64,000 bases of DNA. Origin: Ginglymostoma cirratum. Lineage: Eukaryota. Below the pieces are notes generated by a model that was not told where the DNA came from, did not search any database, and saw only the letters and a program-made list of their open reading frames with translations. Positions 1 to 12,800 of the stretch are shown piece by piece. Positions within the stretch are counted from its first letter, which is position 1, and each line of letters opens with the position of its first letter. The position numbers and the translations under genes were made by a program. The stretch lies in the NCBI GenBank assembly GCA_024137785.1, contig JAHRHZ010000270.1, positions 4,404,168 to 4,468,167 on the forward strand, given 5' to 3'.

Positions 1-170
1 GCTGCTTGGCCTGCTGTGTTCATCCAGCCCCACGCCTTGTTATCTCGGATTCTCCAGCATCTGCAGTACCTTTTATCTCAGTACAGCGGACTACAGGCCC
101 TTCGGCCCATGATGTTGTGCTGACCCATTATCCTATTAAGATCAATCTACCCTGCATACCCTAGATTTTA
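1..170. mobile_element. Penelope-terminal-type repeat fragment plus CR1-like 3' tail fragment
   Basis: gctgcttggcctgctgtgttcatccagc...ctccagcatctgcagt recurs at 44820, 53300 and 56100; acaggcccttcggccc matches the CR1 tail at 18407. Confidence 0.6.
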
Positions 171-595
171 CAATCCGATATTAAACATTAATTACATTTA
201 AGCAGTTCTGTAAGGCAAGCAACGCCCTCAAGATATTTGAGGAGTTAAACTTGGGCTATTTCGATTTGGAGCGACTTTAGAAATTGCCTTTTTAATTCAC
301 TCCCTCACACCTTTTTTTCCGAGTGATATTACAGTTCTTTTTCCGTTTATTAAAAAAAAATTCATGGGTGGAGGAGTTGGATTCAATAGTTCGAGAGTTA
401 ACTCTCCGAAATTATTGGTGAGCTCAGTTAACCAACAGAATTAATAAGAGTGAACTGATCATTCTTCATTAGGCGAACTCCAATCAGGAATATGGAAATT
501 GGAACAGCTCTGGATTCGGCCTGCAGTTGGTAATTAAGGTTAATTGGAGGCACTCAATGATCGATCGATTACTTAGACCAGCAAAGCGCATGTGA

Positions 596-603
596 TATAA
601 AAA
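596..603 (+). promoter_or_regulatory. TATA box of the VLDLR-like gene
   Basis: TATAAAAA about 135 nt upstream of ATG 734; CCAAT at 480-484, ATTGG at 414-418; locally CpG-richer than the gene body. Confidence 0.6.
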
Positions 604-733
604 CAAGTCTCTGCGCTAGGTTACTATATGCTTTTGCCCGTTTTGGTATGCTTAGGTTCGGGTCTGTGAAAAAGAATTATCCTTACTAGAGGAAAGCAAA
701 CTTTGGATCATTGCTGTTCCTTTAAGAATCGAC

Positions 734-803
734 ATGATTCCTTTTCGGGTAGCCTCGTTGCTACTGCTGGTAGTATGTTTAAACCCGGCCAGGCTCGTAA
801 ATG
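734..803 (+). CDS. exon 1, signal peptide [23 protein letters not shown]
   Basis: ATG, hydrophobic core, donor G|gtgagt, phase 1. Confidence 0.85.
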
Positions 804-3800
804 GTGAGTAACTCAACGTTTGAAATTAGAGCTAGTGAGTTGTAGTTTTTAAACTTGAGCCCATCGCTATGTGGCAGTAAGCAGAATTTTCTAAACCTGT
901 TATCAAAATATTATGTTTTGATCTACTTAGCCTACGAAAGGGCGCCTGTGAATTTTTGTTTTAACGTTGTGCGCATCTCTTAATAGCGATTAAAGCACCA
1001 GCTCCCACTCCTAATGGCCCACCAGCAGAATATTTCTAAGAAACTTTGATTTTACTCAACCTTCACTTGGAATATGCCATTACTTTCTCTCGCATTCATC
1101 AAGTCCCGTTCAAAAAAAAAAAGTTGCTCATCACTAACACTTAACCTTTCAACTGTGCACTTTTACTGGACTTTATTTCTGGTCAAGTTATTAAATGTTT
1201 CATCTGATTACACTCTAACTATCTATCTCTGTAAAGGAGCGCTGACATGAAGGGGCCTGTTGTGGTAGTGTCCCTACCTCACTCAGGCCCTGAGTTCAGC
1301 TCCTATCTGCTCCACTGTTGGAAGTACTATCTCTGAACAGGCCTCTTTTAAAACCCACAACCACCATTGAGTGGGGTCATTGGACTTTTTTTAAAGTCTG
1401 TAGCCTATTATAAGCAAAGATTAAAATTTCACTTCTTTTTTAAGAAAAAAGCTAGTGATGGAGTTGACAGCCAAAACAAGTTGGACATGATCATGGAATT
1501 CCTCCATTGTGGAAGCAGGTCATTTGGCCTATTGAGCTCACCCTCTCTGAGCATCCCACCTTTTTTCTCCTTTTCTCTTCCCCCTAAAATCCCTGTAACT
1601 CTGGGCTTCCCATGGCTAACACACCTAGCCTGTGCATCCCTGAATACCAGAAGCAATTTAGCATAGCCAATCTACCTAACTCCCCTTTGGACTGTAGGAG
1701 GAAATGGGAGCACCTAGAGGAATTCTATACACAAAATGCAAACTTTCCAGGTACCCAGGTTAGAATCAAACCTCAGTTCCTAGGGTTAACTACTGAGCCG
1801 CTACCACCCTATGGAGAGTTACTGACTCTTGTGCAAGTCTGGTAGTGTTGAGTTTCTCCAGTGAATTAACTTTTTTGTTTCAGCATCTGCCATTTTTAAA
1901 AAATGAATGTTATTTGCCACACTCTTTGTACAACATAGAACACTGTATGTCAAAACTTCTGGTGAAGTAGCTGTGAGGAGGGAAGGCATAGTTGACTTAC
2001 TCCTGATATCAAAAGATGTTTAGCTTTCAGTGCTGAAGCAAAAAGTTGTGGCCAGTTTAAATTAGCATTAATAACAAAATGCTATACCATCCTAGCGATG
2101 GAATGTTATTCTCCAATCCATAGGCCATTCAGAGCAGTGAAAGTGTATCCTGATCAATAGTGATCTGAGTCATGTCTCTAGCTAGCTAACCAACTGATTA
2201 AGGTTTTCTAGCTAAATTAGAACAGCATCTGTTACATTAAGGGTGATACCCTTAATGTGATAATAGTTGTGTAATCTCTTAAAGAGCTCTAGGATATCCT
2301 GAGTTTGCATGGATGCTGTTCACGAAGTGATTTCATACTTGGATGGTCTGCTTGTTTTTAAAAGTCTAATGGCTTGTGTTTTTATGCTTGTGGAATAAAA
2401 TTTCTCGAGCCAATAGCTTCTAAACCCATAACTCTCTCTCAAACCAAGGCTCCTTCATAGCATAGTACTGTTTATTTTTTGCATCAAGGGCAAAAACTTG
2501 CCTCAGAATGCCAATGTTGGCAGCTTTTAATAATGTAAATACATGCAATTCCTTCAATATTGCACTGTTTGTCTATTGCATACTTAATCTGATCATCAAA
2601 AATCAGCACTAGCTTCCTGATACACTACTTTCTTGCTTAATTTCTTTTTCAAAGGGTCAAAAGCATCCTGTGGCGCATCGTGGTTTCAGTGCAGAAATGG
2701 ACGGTGTGTGCCATTAATGTGGAAATGTGATGGCGATGATGACTGTACTGATGGTAGCGATGAGAGTGATTGTGGTAAGTAACTCCTCAGGAGTTCATGG
2801 CCAGCATGTGAGGCTGTTGGGAGGGGGTGCAGTGGAGTTTAGAACATAGAACAGTACAGCATAGTATGAGCCCTTTGGCCCACAATGTTGTGCTGTTCTA
2901 TTATCCTACTGAGATCAAGCTACCCTGCATACCCCTCATTTTACAATCCTCCATGTGCCTAGCCAAGAGTCGCTTAAAAGTCTGTCCACTATACCACTGT
3001 CAGCAGCATATTCCACACACCCACCACTCTGAAGAACCTACCTCTGACATCTCCCTTGTACTGTCCTCCAATCACCTTAAAGTTATGCCCCCCCCCCCCT
3101 CATGTTAGTCACTCTTGCCTTGGTGGGGGGAGGGGGGGCACATGGAAGTCTCTGGCTATCCACTCTATATCTATGCCTCTCATCATATTGTAAACCTCTA
3201 TCAAGTCACCTCTCATCCTTCTCCACTCCAGTGAAAAGCCCTAGCTCCCTCCACTTCATGGGACCTGCCCTCCAGTTCAGGCAGCACCCTGGCAAATCTC
3301 CTCTGCACCCTCTAAAGCTTCCACATCCTTCCATAATGAGGTGACTTGAACTGATCCCCCATGTTCCAAGTGTAGTCTAACTAGAGTTTTATAGATTCAT
3401 CCTTCAAACTACATATGGAGCAGAACTTCCAATCCCTCTTCCTAGTGACTTTTTGTCACTTATTTTTTCAGTCAACAGTCTGGAAATTATAAACTGTAGT
3501 ACAGTAACATTTTGTACATGTGCACAACATTTTGTGAAAACAATTTAATGTACTTTCTGGACCTTGCTCTTGAGCAAAAGACACAGAACTTGAGATCTGG
3601 AATTCATTACAAAGGAGCTTCTTCCTAGCTTCACTGCAACTTTTCAATCCCAACATGATCACCTCCCTCTTCTCCACCACCACCCACCCGATCTCTTTAA
3701 TCTAATCAATCTCTTCTGCTCTTGCACCTCTTCTCTCCACTTTTCCTCCATCCCAACCATGTGAGATTCAGCAGAAATGTGTTTGTGGCAGGAAGTCGTG

Positions 3801-6800
3801 TTTATACACTTACTGTTTCCCCTAACTCTGAAAAGTGTCTGGAAGAAGTGTTTAGGTGTGCCCAAGTGGTGAGGTCTTTAAGCTGGTCTGGCTCAACCTA
3901 GTTTGTTCCATGGGGTAGCACTGGTTTGATTTGGGAACCTGTTGGTTACAGTTGTCTTGTTCCACATGGAGTGAATAGCCACCAGTAGAGATTTCATACT
4001 GGCATCTTAAATTATAGTGTAACGAGGCAAGCTGTAGCTGCCCACTGAAGTGCACCAGGTAAATGCCTGGCATTTGGGGAAATAAGCAAAATCGTGCTGT
4101 AGACAACTTGAATTCCAAAGAGCTCTACAGCATAGTCTTTAGCAAATTGTAGGTATATGGCATTAAGGCATAGTTGGTCTACAGCATCTAGTTCTTAGAG
4201 CAATACTTTTTGACACTTGCAAGTCTTGTTTAAGCTAACTAGTTGTGCCAAAATGCTTGATTAAACCTTGTGACTTACTGTAAAATACATGGTATGAGAG
4301 AGGAAAATTCATGGCTAACACTAATACTTTTAAAACAACTCTAAGTGGCAGTTGCTGTACAGACTCTGTCAAAGCTTTGTAGAAACCTTAACTGAATCAT
4401 AAGTCATAGCTCAGGCCATATGACCCACCAACACAAGATTAGATATTTCAATTAATAACACTCCTAGCTTTTTCACAATAGACGTGACTTTTCTCCATTA
4501 GTTATTTCTAGATGTCAGTTCTTGAGCTCAGTCCTCTCAGTTAGTGACACCTGAGCTAGGGAAACAGTTCTCCTTAAAGTCCCTATTGAATACCAAGTCT
4601 TTCTATCAGAGTAATCCTAGCTAATGAGACTCCAGATAATACTCCAGAAATACCAAAAGCATTAGTGTAAGTGGAGCTGGAACCAAAGTAGCTAGACCTG
4701 CAGTTTATTTAGTGTACAAGGCATACTATATAACCATCAGATACAGATGGTAAGGATAAGAAGTAGGTCTATGTAGCAAAGTCCTGCTACAAGAAATACA
4801 GAAAATGGTGTGGTCTTGGTAAGAATATAACCCTAAAATTGTCTTGAGACTCTTCTTCTCTTTTGACTGAGAAAAGGCTTGCTTTATTCAGCAAGATGTA
4901 TTCTATGAGCCCACCAACTAATGAGAAGTGAAAGCAAACTTGCATGGAAATTGGCATGTTAATAAACAGCCAGTTTTGAAACCTTGGTCTCTCTAAACAT
5001 TGGCAAGAAGTGTTCCTTTTAGGAAATGAAACCCAATCTTCCCCTCCTGAGGAAGATACCATTACTGGTTCTAAACAGTGAGTCTGGTGTTTTGTAATAG
5101 AACAGTTATTACCACTGTTCCCCCTAAAAAGCTTCCAAGTCTTTTTCTACTGAAGAAAACACTCAAACTAAACTTTCAAATGTGGTGTTGTAATGACAGT
5201 GAACCAAAACTTGTGATGTATCGCATGAACATTCAGTCACTGACTGGTGTCTTGATGCAACTTAAAGTTGCATGATGTTAAATACAACCAATATATTCTT
5301 CCTCCCTCCAGGTAAAATCACCTGTGGACCATCAGACTTTGTATGCCACAATGGACACTGTGTGCCAAGCAAATGGCAGTGTGATGGCTCATCTGACTGT
5401 GAGGATGGATCGGATGAGAGTCCTGATATCTGTCGTAAGTATTGTTGGGAGCAATGAGGAACTTTGAGCTCATGTTCTTAACTATGCAAATGGAACACCT
5501 TTTGTAGAAGTAGGCTAAAATATCACCTGATCATCTTAGTATCATAGATGAAGACTAACTTACAATTCTCTAGTGCAAATAGCTTCTAGGTTGAAGATCT
5601 TTTCACGATAACACTTGCTATGTATTTGTTTGTGTGCTGTAAATGTGTTGAGCACCTTTCCTAGTTGATCTGCAGCCACCAATCTCAAACTAATATCTGA
5701 AACTTTAGAGAATAAAATTGAGATTTGCACGTTGAAACAATTCATGAAATCTGTCACTTGGACTCTTTAGGATTATCTACTTTCTACTCTACAAATGTAG
5801 AACAAGATGAAGGAGCAATGACAGGAAGCTAGAGAAAGCAGCCTGCCAGTAAACAAAGCATTTGGGCTTTCATGGCAACTTGTATGATTATGAACTAATT
5901 AGTTCATAATCATACAAGTCTCTAGCTATAGCACCATCTTGGGTACAAGGTATCTGGGTATGGATTCTTCAGTAAGTGGCATCTCTAAGCCACATTAATC
6001 ACAAGATGCTTAAAAATTTTAGCATCTGTGCAATTGTTAACTTCAGTCAACACTATCTATTCCAGATGCACAGATGTGCCATTTACACGAAATAAGCTGT
6101 GGCCCTGACTCTCTTCAGTGTATTCCTGATTCCTGGAAATGTGATGGAGAAAAGGACTGTGACAATGGCAGTGATGAAGAGAACTGTGGTAGGCAACTTT
6201 ATCTAGAAGCTCCTTCTTTTTGGTTAACACTACTATTTAAACTAAAGAACCAAACTGAGCTAGTATGAAAGCATTTCACTTTAATTTGTGGAAGTGGCAA
6301 TTTGACTGCAGTAGTTACTTGTAGAAAACTTTAAACTTGCAGCACACTGGTCCTCTTTTAATAGAGCCTTTTTGATATTTAAGTCTAGGTTTTTATTAGA
6401 CCTGCTCACTCTAGCTGGTCAATCTAGACTAATACAACATACTCCAATAAATAATTACTGGCTCTTTTGGAGTGACTTTTCAAAAGTTACTTGTCAATAC
6501 ATGTGTTGCTTAAATGCTGCTTTTGCCTTGTGCTCAGAACAACTTTTCAAACCTTAATGTAAGGGGAAATTAACATTAAGTGTCTTGATTGACCAGAGCT
6601 AACTGTCAGCAATTCCCTTTCCATAACTTGACTGGATTCAATCTTAAACTTGCCTCTACAAGTAGAGCCCAAATTCCTTGTCCAGAACCTCAATTGGAAG
6701 TTGAGATTCCTATTCAACAGCTGGTGAGATGTTTGGATTGGATTTTAAATCAACCTAAATATCAGACTTTTGTTGTCAAGTGGTGACAAGCATTCAGCTC

Positions 6801-9800
6801 TAATTCCACTCAAGCATGCTGTCCATTAAAATGGTTATCCTCTGGCCACTTTCTATCTGACATGGCTTAAAGCTGTGTTCAAAAACAACTAATATTCAAA
6901 ATGTTCACTTCCTTGAATGCTATGCTATTGTGACAGTTGATTTTTTTAAGGACACTCGAACAGAAATACAGAACAAGGCCATGCTTAAACAGGTAGATTT
7001 GCCTGATGGCAGGATATTCCTTAGTAGCATTTCTTCTCCCAGTAATCAAACTTTCAGGAAACAGACTGTCATGCCACTAGGCTAACAACCTAACATGTAT
7101 TAGGTTGAAGGATGTATGGCATATTCTGCAAATTGATAGAATAAATCATAAATACAACTTTCCAACAGTTCTACAAGGTGTTCCTGTTTTTCTTTTCAGG
7201 TACTTTGGTTTGCAGTATACTTGAGTTCACATGCTCTAATGGCAGATGCATTTCCAAAACATTTATCTGCAATGGTGAAGATGACTGTGGTGATGGGAGT
7301 GATGAACGAGGTTGTGCCCCATTTGTTTGTCACATTCATGAGTTTCAGTGCAATAGTTCTGAATGTATCCCTATGAATTGGGTATGTGACAATAATGCTG
7401 ACTGTGCCGACCAGTCTGATGAAGCTCCAGAACATTGTGGGCATACACTTGCCCCTGTGACCTGCTCTTCCAGTGAGTTCCTGTGCAAGTCTGGTGAATG
7501 CATCAATCATCATTGGTACTGCGACGGAGATAATGACTGCAAAGATGGAAGTGATGAAGTGAACTGCCGTAAGTAGCCTGTCTTGTATACTAGGATCCCT
7601 GATCTAGAAAACTGGAGTTGAAGAGGCATGAATTTCCCAAACAGTCCCTCTACTGTCTGAAGACACTTGACATCTTGCAAACAGACTAAGGACCTTTTGC
7701 CCACTTTCCTGCTGTAGCTAGTACTACTTCCAAAGCTGAACTTTGTTTGCGGGTTTTTGGGCCTGCTCAGCAACCAGTCAAAATTATAGAACAAATGTCA
7801 GGTTAATGCTGACTTGACAGTAATGCTCTCTTGGCATTAAGTAATGGATCTTTTAATGCAGTATCCAGCACAGATGGTACCACATCCTGGAATATCAGCC
7901 TTTATTTTTGTCAACTCCTAGAAGGCATAATTGCTGTCTCAGTAACTGAGACAGTCTGTATAGAATGACTCTGAACCCTAGCAGGGAATAGATATTGCAT
8001 TTTTAAACCTCCCCCTCTAAGCAAAGTTGAAGGCTACAAATCTTTCCACTGCCTGCACCCCCTTTCAAAAAACGCTAACCTAGGAAAGAATCATCACTCT
8101 GCAGTTTAATTATTGGTAACATCACATACACTTAGCCTTAATTCTCTTTACTTGCTTTGTTTCTTGGTCACTTCAAGCACAGATCTCCTTGTTTTCAAAT
8201 GGAACACCTTGAGCATTCTGCATGGTTGTGCTCCGATTTGAGTTTGGTGTAGATGTTCCTTGTGTATGTTTAACCACTTGAGCTAAAACTCCATACTTGG
8301 CAAACAACTCCTTAATAAAGTCTCTAACTCCCACAACTGATAGTTGCAGACCTTTCAGCCTGTGTTCAAAGTATATCTTCTAGCAGTTAACATTTTTAAT
8401 ACATCTGCAAAATAGAATCTAACTCTGAACTTGTACCTGCTAAAGCATACCATTAGAAGCTTCAAGTGTTACAATCAAAACCACTGAATGTTAATCTCAA
8501 GTGTTAATGGAGTCTAGAACAGTAGTCAAATGCAGTCAGTATGTCTGGTCTCCTTGGTTTCATGGCATTTCTAACTGAGACTTTGTTAACAGTTCCTCGA
8601 ACATGTAGACCAGATTACTTCCAATGTGGTGATGGTAATTGCATCCCTGGGAACAAGATCTGCAATAACTTTGCAGACTGCTCTGATGCTAGTGATGAAG
8701 CCAACTGCAAGAATGGTAGGTGCAAATTCATACAAAAATGTAACGAAACTGGAGTAGTGTGAAGTGTTGTTCATACAGCTATTTGTTTCTAGATTGCACT
8801 GGTCCCTCTGACTTTAAATGCCAAAGTGGAGAATGCATAACTATAACCCAAGTATGTGACCACAAATGGGACTGCAGAGATCGGAGTGATGAACCCTTCA
8901 AATGCCGTAAGTTTCTTGAAATGTAGCTTTATGGCTGAATGAACTTTTAAAGATCTTAATTGTCATGCACAATTATCTATTCTCAGCTAGTCACTAATCT
9001 CAAACACAACTTTATCTGTTGTCTATCAAAGATTTTACAACCATCTTTCATCAAAACAAGATGGAAGTACAGTAGTGATTGTTAACAGACCCCATGATTT
9101 TTAACATGATAAAAGTAGGAATGGAATCTAAATCTTCAGGCTAGAGCTCTTTCTAACATAAGGTGGAGCACTTTTGTGTAAAATTGACTGCTTGCACCCC
9201 TGAGATCTTTGTTTGGTAAGCATTTCCCCAGCTACAGCTACCTTTGCCTTCAGAAGCACTTACTGTCCCTTTTTACCCTTCCTTGAAGGGTAGGAAAATG
9301 CTGGACTTTAATCTAGTGTAGGAGTAGATCCAGAAGGACAGCTAGATGGATCACTTGTAGCACATGACAACTGCACAAGTAGCATAGTGACCTATAGCTT
9401 GTATCAAAGCTCTTGTCAAGTTGCAGCAAACACATACTCTTGCTATCAAGTAACCTAAAGGAACAAGTTTAGTCAAAACAAGTCTTTAAATTTCTTAAAG
9501 GCAACTTAGCCCATGCAGCTGTGGTTCCCAAAGGTAGGGGTGGTTGTTCCATAACAAGGAATAGTTTAAACTTTGGATGGACTCTAATTACAAGATTTAA
9601 CCAAGTTAAAATCCAACACTGCACAGTAAGGTTGTTCTGAAAATTCAACAAATGTTTTGATCTCTCTGCAGGGCTGAATGAATGTTTGGTGAACAATGGA
9701 GACTGCTCTCATATTTGCAGGGACCTTCTTATTGGTTATGAATGTGACTGTCCTGCTGGCTTTGAGCTTGTTGATGGCAGAACTTGTGATGGTAAGTCAC

Positions 9801-12800
9801 TGTCTGCATCACTATGCAAACTTAACTTTCTGATCTATTAATACTAGATTATGTTTTCCAGATGCTGATGAGTGTCAAAATCCTGGAGCCTGCAGTCAGA
9901 TTTGTATCAACTTGAAAGGAAGCTACAAATGTGAATGTTATGAAGGATATCGCATGGATCCTGCTACTAGAGTTTGCAAGGCTATTGGCAAGTATACTTT
10001 AACTCCTCTGTTAGTATTTTAAACTTAAAAAGCAAACCAGTTTTTCAGCAATACCAGACTTGCTCAGTAACAACTAATCTAGCATTACTAAAATTTAGAA
10101 TTTCCTAGGGGATCTTGCAGGGTTGTACTGTTTTCAAGAGCTTAAATAGCATTTTTCTGTACTACAAACTAGCACAAGGTTCAATTCTCAAGCTTGAATA
10201 AAACATCTGAAACCTGGTTGCATATTGTATGCAAGTGTGAAATACTTAATTGAATTTTTTTTTTTTTTTTTTTGCTTAAGGCAAAGAGCCTTACTTGATC
10301 TTCACAAATCGTCATGACATTCGGAAACTGGGACTGCATCATCAAGAGTATAGCCAGGTACTTGTGCAGCTGAGAAATGCTGTAGCACTGGATGCTGATG
10401 TTGTGGAGCAAGAGATCTTCTGGGCTGACTTGGGCCAGCAGGCAATCTTCAGGTAAGATCTGTACTTAAGCCTCTACTCCAATTGTTGGTTTTTTTTGTT
10501 CAAGTTATAATTATGCAGATACACTGAAGTTGACACTTAAAACCTCCTTGTCCTCTGTTATAATTGGCAAACTGCCCTAGCTTAGGCTGGCTCAGTGTTA
10601 GTACTGACACCTTGTAGCACCTAGGATCCAGGTTCAAACCTAGCCTTCGGTGATTAGAGGTTGCACATTCTCCCCATGTTTCGGCCAAGTGATCAGGCTA
10701 CCTCTCCCTCAACAGATGTACAGGTTGGGTGGGCTTTTATGAAAAATGCAGGGAGAAGGCAGATGGTGACCCTAGGTAGGATGCACTTGAGTCAGTGTAG
10801 CCTTGGGCTGAGTGGCCTGTCCCTAAATTAAAGGGATTCTATGATCTAACACAACATGGCATTAAGTTGTATGAACAGGACCCCTGTCTGTGTGTTTAGA
10901 TGCAGTAGGTCACCTTGTTCTAGCTATAGATTGGTGTCTAGAACAAAGTACCTAGACTTCCACTACAGGAAGTGGAAATCCACTTCATGATTGCAATACC
11001 AGTCTTTAACTCTTTTGGTAGAGGCAATTCCATTAACAAGTTGTTGTCTTTTCCTCCAACTAGTGCATCCATGAGTAGATACAAAGGCAAAACTGGTCAG
11101 TCTGTCCTTGCCAAGGACTTGGGCATTCCTGTGGGAATTGCTGTGGATTGGATTTACAAGCACATATATTGGACTGACCGTGGTACAAAAACAATATCTG
11201 TGGCCACATTGGATGGATCCAGAAAGACTGTTCTCTTTGACACCAACTTAACAGAACCAGCATCTATAGCAGTCGATCCATATTCAGGGTAAACCTTTTC
11301 TACTTGCAGCACCTTTTTATAATGTCTATACAAGCTTAACTTTCCAAAGTTAATCCCCACCTAGATGGTATCTTCAATGTTTGATTAAATTTGAGGTTTT
11401 GTCCTCTTGCATGAGGATTTGAGGGGTTGGGGGTGGGAAGGGAGGAAGTAAGGGACACTAAACTTGAGCCCCTAGTAGAAGTCTACTTGAGTGCCCATCC
11501 ACTTCCAAGAGCACAATTGGAACACAACCAAAAAGCCAAGCAAGCCATCACTTTTCAGCCCATGCTTAAGTAGGCTGAAGTCCTATTATTTAGAGCCCCT
11601 TAAATGTTCAGTGGTCTTGAGCTGCCACACTTGCATAATATTTGATATTAGTGGTCACTGCAAGCTAACATGTCAGCCTTTCTTTTCTGACACTACAGTC
11701 TCAATATTTAGTTTAAACTGCTGATTAAAATAGCTTTCACAAGTGGTGATTAAACACTTAAAATGTTGTAACAAATTCTGAATCTCCTACAGATTTGTTT
11801 ACTGGTCAGACTGGGGTGAGCCAGCAAAGATAGAAAAGGCAGGAATGAATGGTGTTGATCGCCAAACATTGGTTGACCAAGGGATTCAAAGGCCAAATGG
11901 CATTGCACTTGGTAAGAAGTTTGAATTGGATCTCTTAAAGATCTCTGAATTTCATTAAAGTTATAGATAACAATCTTTTTATTTTTTAGACCTTGTGAAA
12001 CACCGCCTCTACTGGGTTGATGCAAAACTCCACACCCTGTCCAGTATAGGGCTGAATGGACAAGATAGAAGACTAGTGATCATGTCACCAGAATTTCTTT
12101 CCCGTCCTTGTGGTGTTGCAGTGTTTGAGGTAAAACAATTTGCATTGCAAAATTCTGCATGTGGCAATGCCATTCCTCTTGATTTTAGGGGTTCATGATT
12201 TGATTTCTTGCATGGTTGTTTTTCCAGATGGTGGTTTTTCTTAATCCACTTAATTACTGGCTTAACTCCCTTGAGCAAATAGCTTGTTTTGCTTCACTAA
12301 TCTACACTTCAAGAACCTATGAATGTAGAAAACTACTTTTTGGTCTGTTAGCTCTGCCCTGAATAAACAAATGTAACCAGCCTGTGGAAAATTAATGGTA
12401 TGCCACCCTGTATGTTTGAACAAAACTCTACCAAAGGTAACTAGGTCAGAAACACTTGACCTAGAATAATCACAATGAAGGTTTTGGTTACCTAGCAATA
12501 TTTAAACACCAATGCCCTTACTCGTTGTAATAAAGTTTGGGAACCAGTGGTTTCTCTAGACCAACTGGTTATATACTAGGGAATAAGCTGTGAACTAGTG
12601 AGTTCAACTGGCAAGAACTTGCATTTGTGGTTCTTGGGTGTCCTATAGTCATCCAAACATAATGTGTGAAATTGGCCAAGATAGGAACTTTGCTCAAGTT
12701 CCATTTGATTCCAGGGTCCTATCTGCTCAAATGAATTTTCCTTTGTTGCAAATGCTAGCTTGCTTTAGTTTGACCTCATGCACAAGTGCATGTTCTTCAC

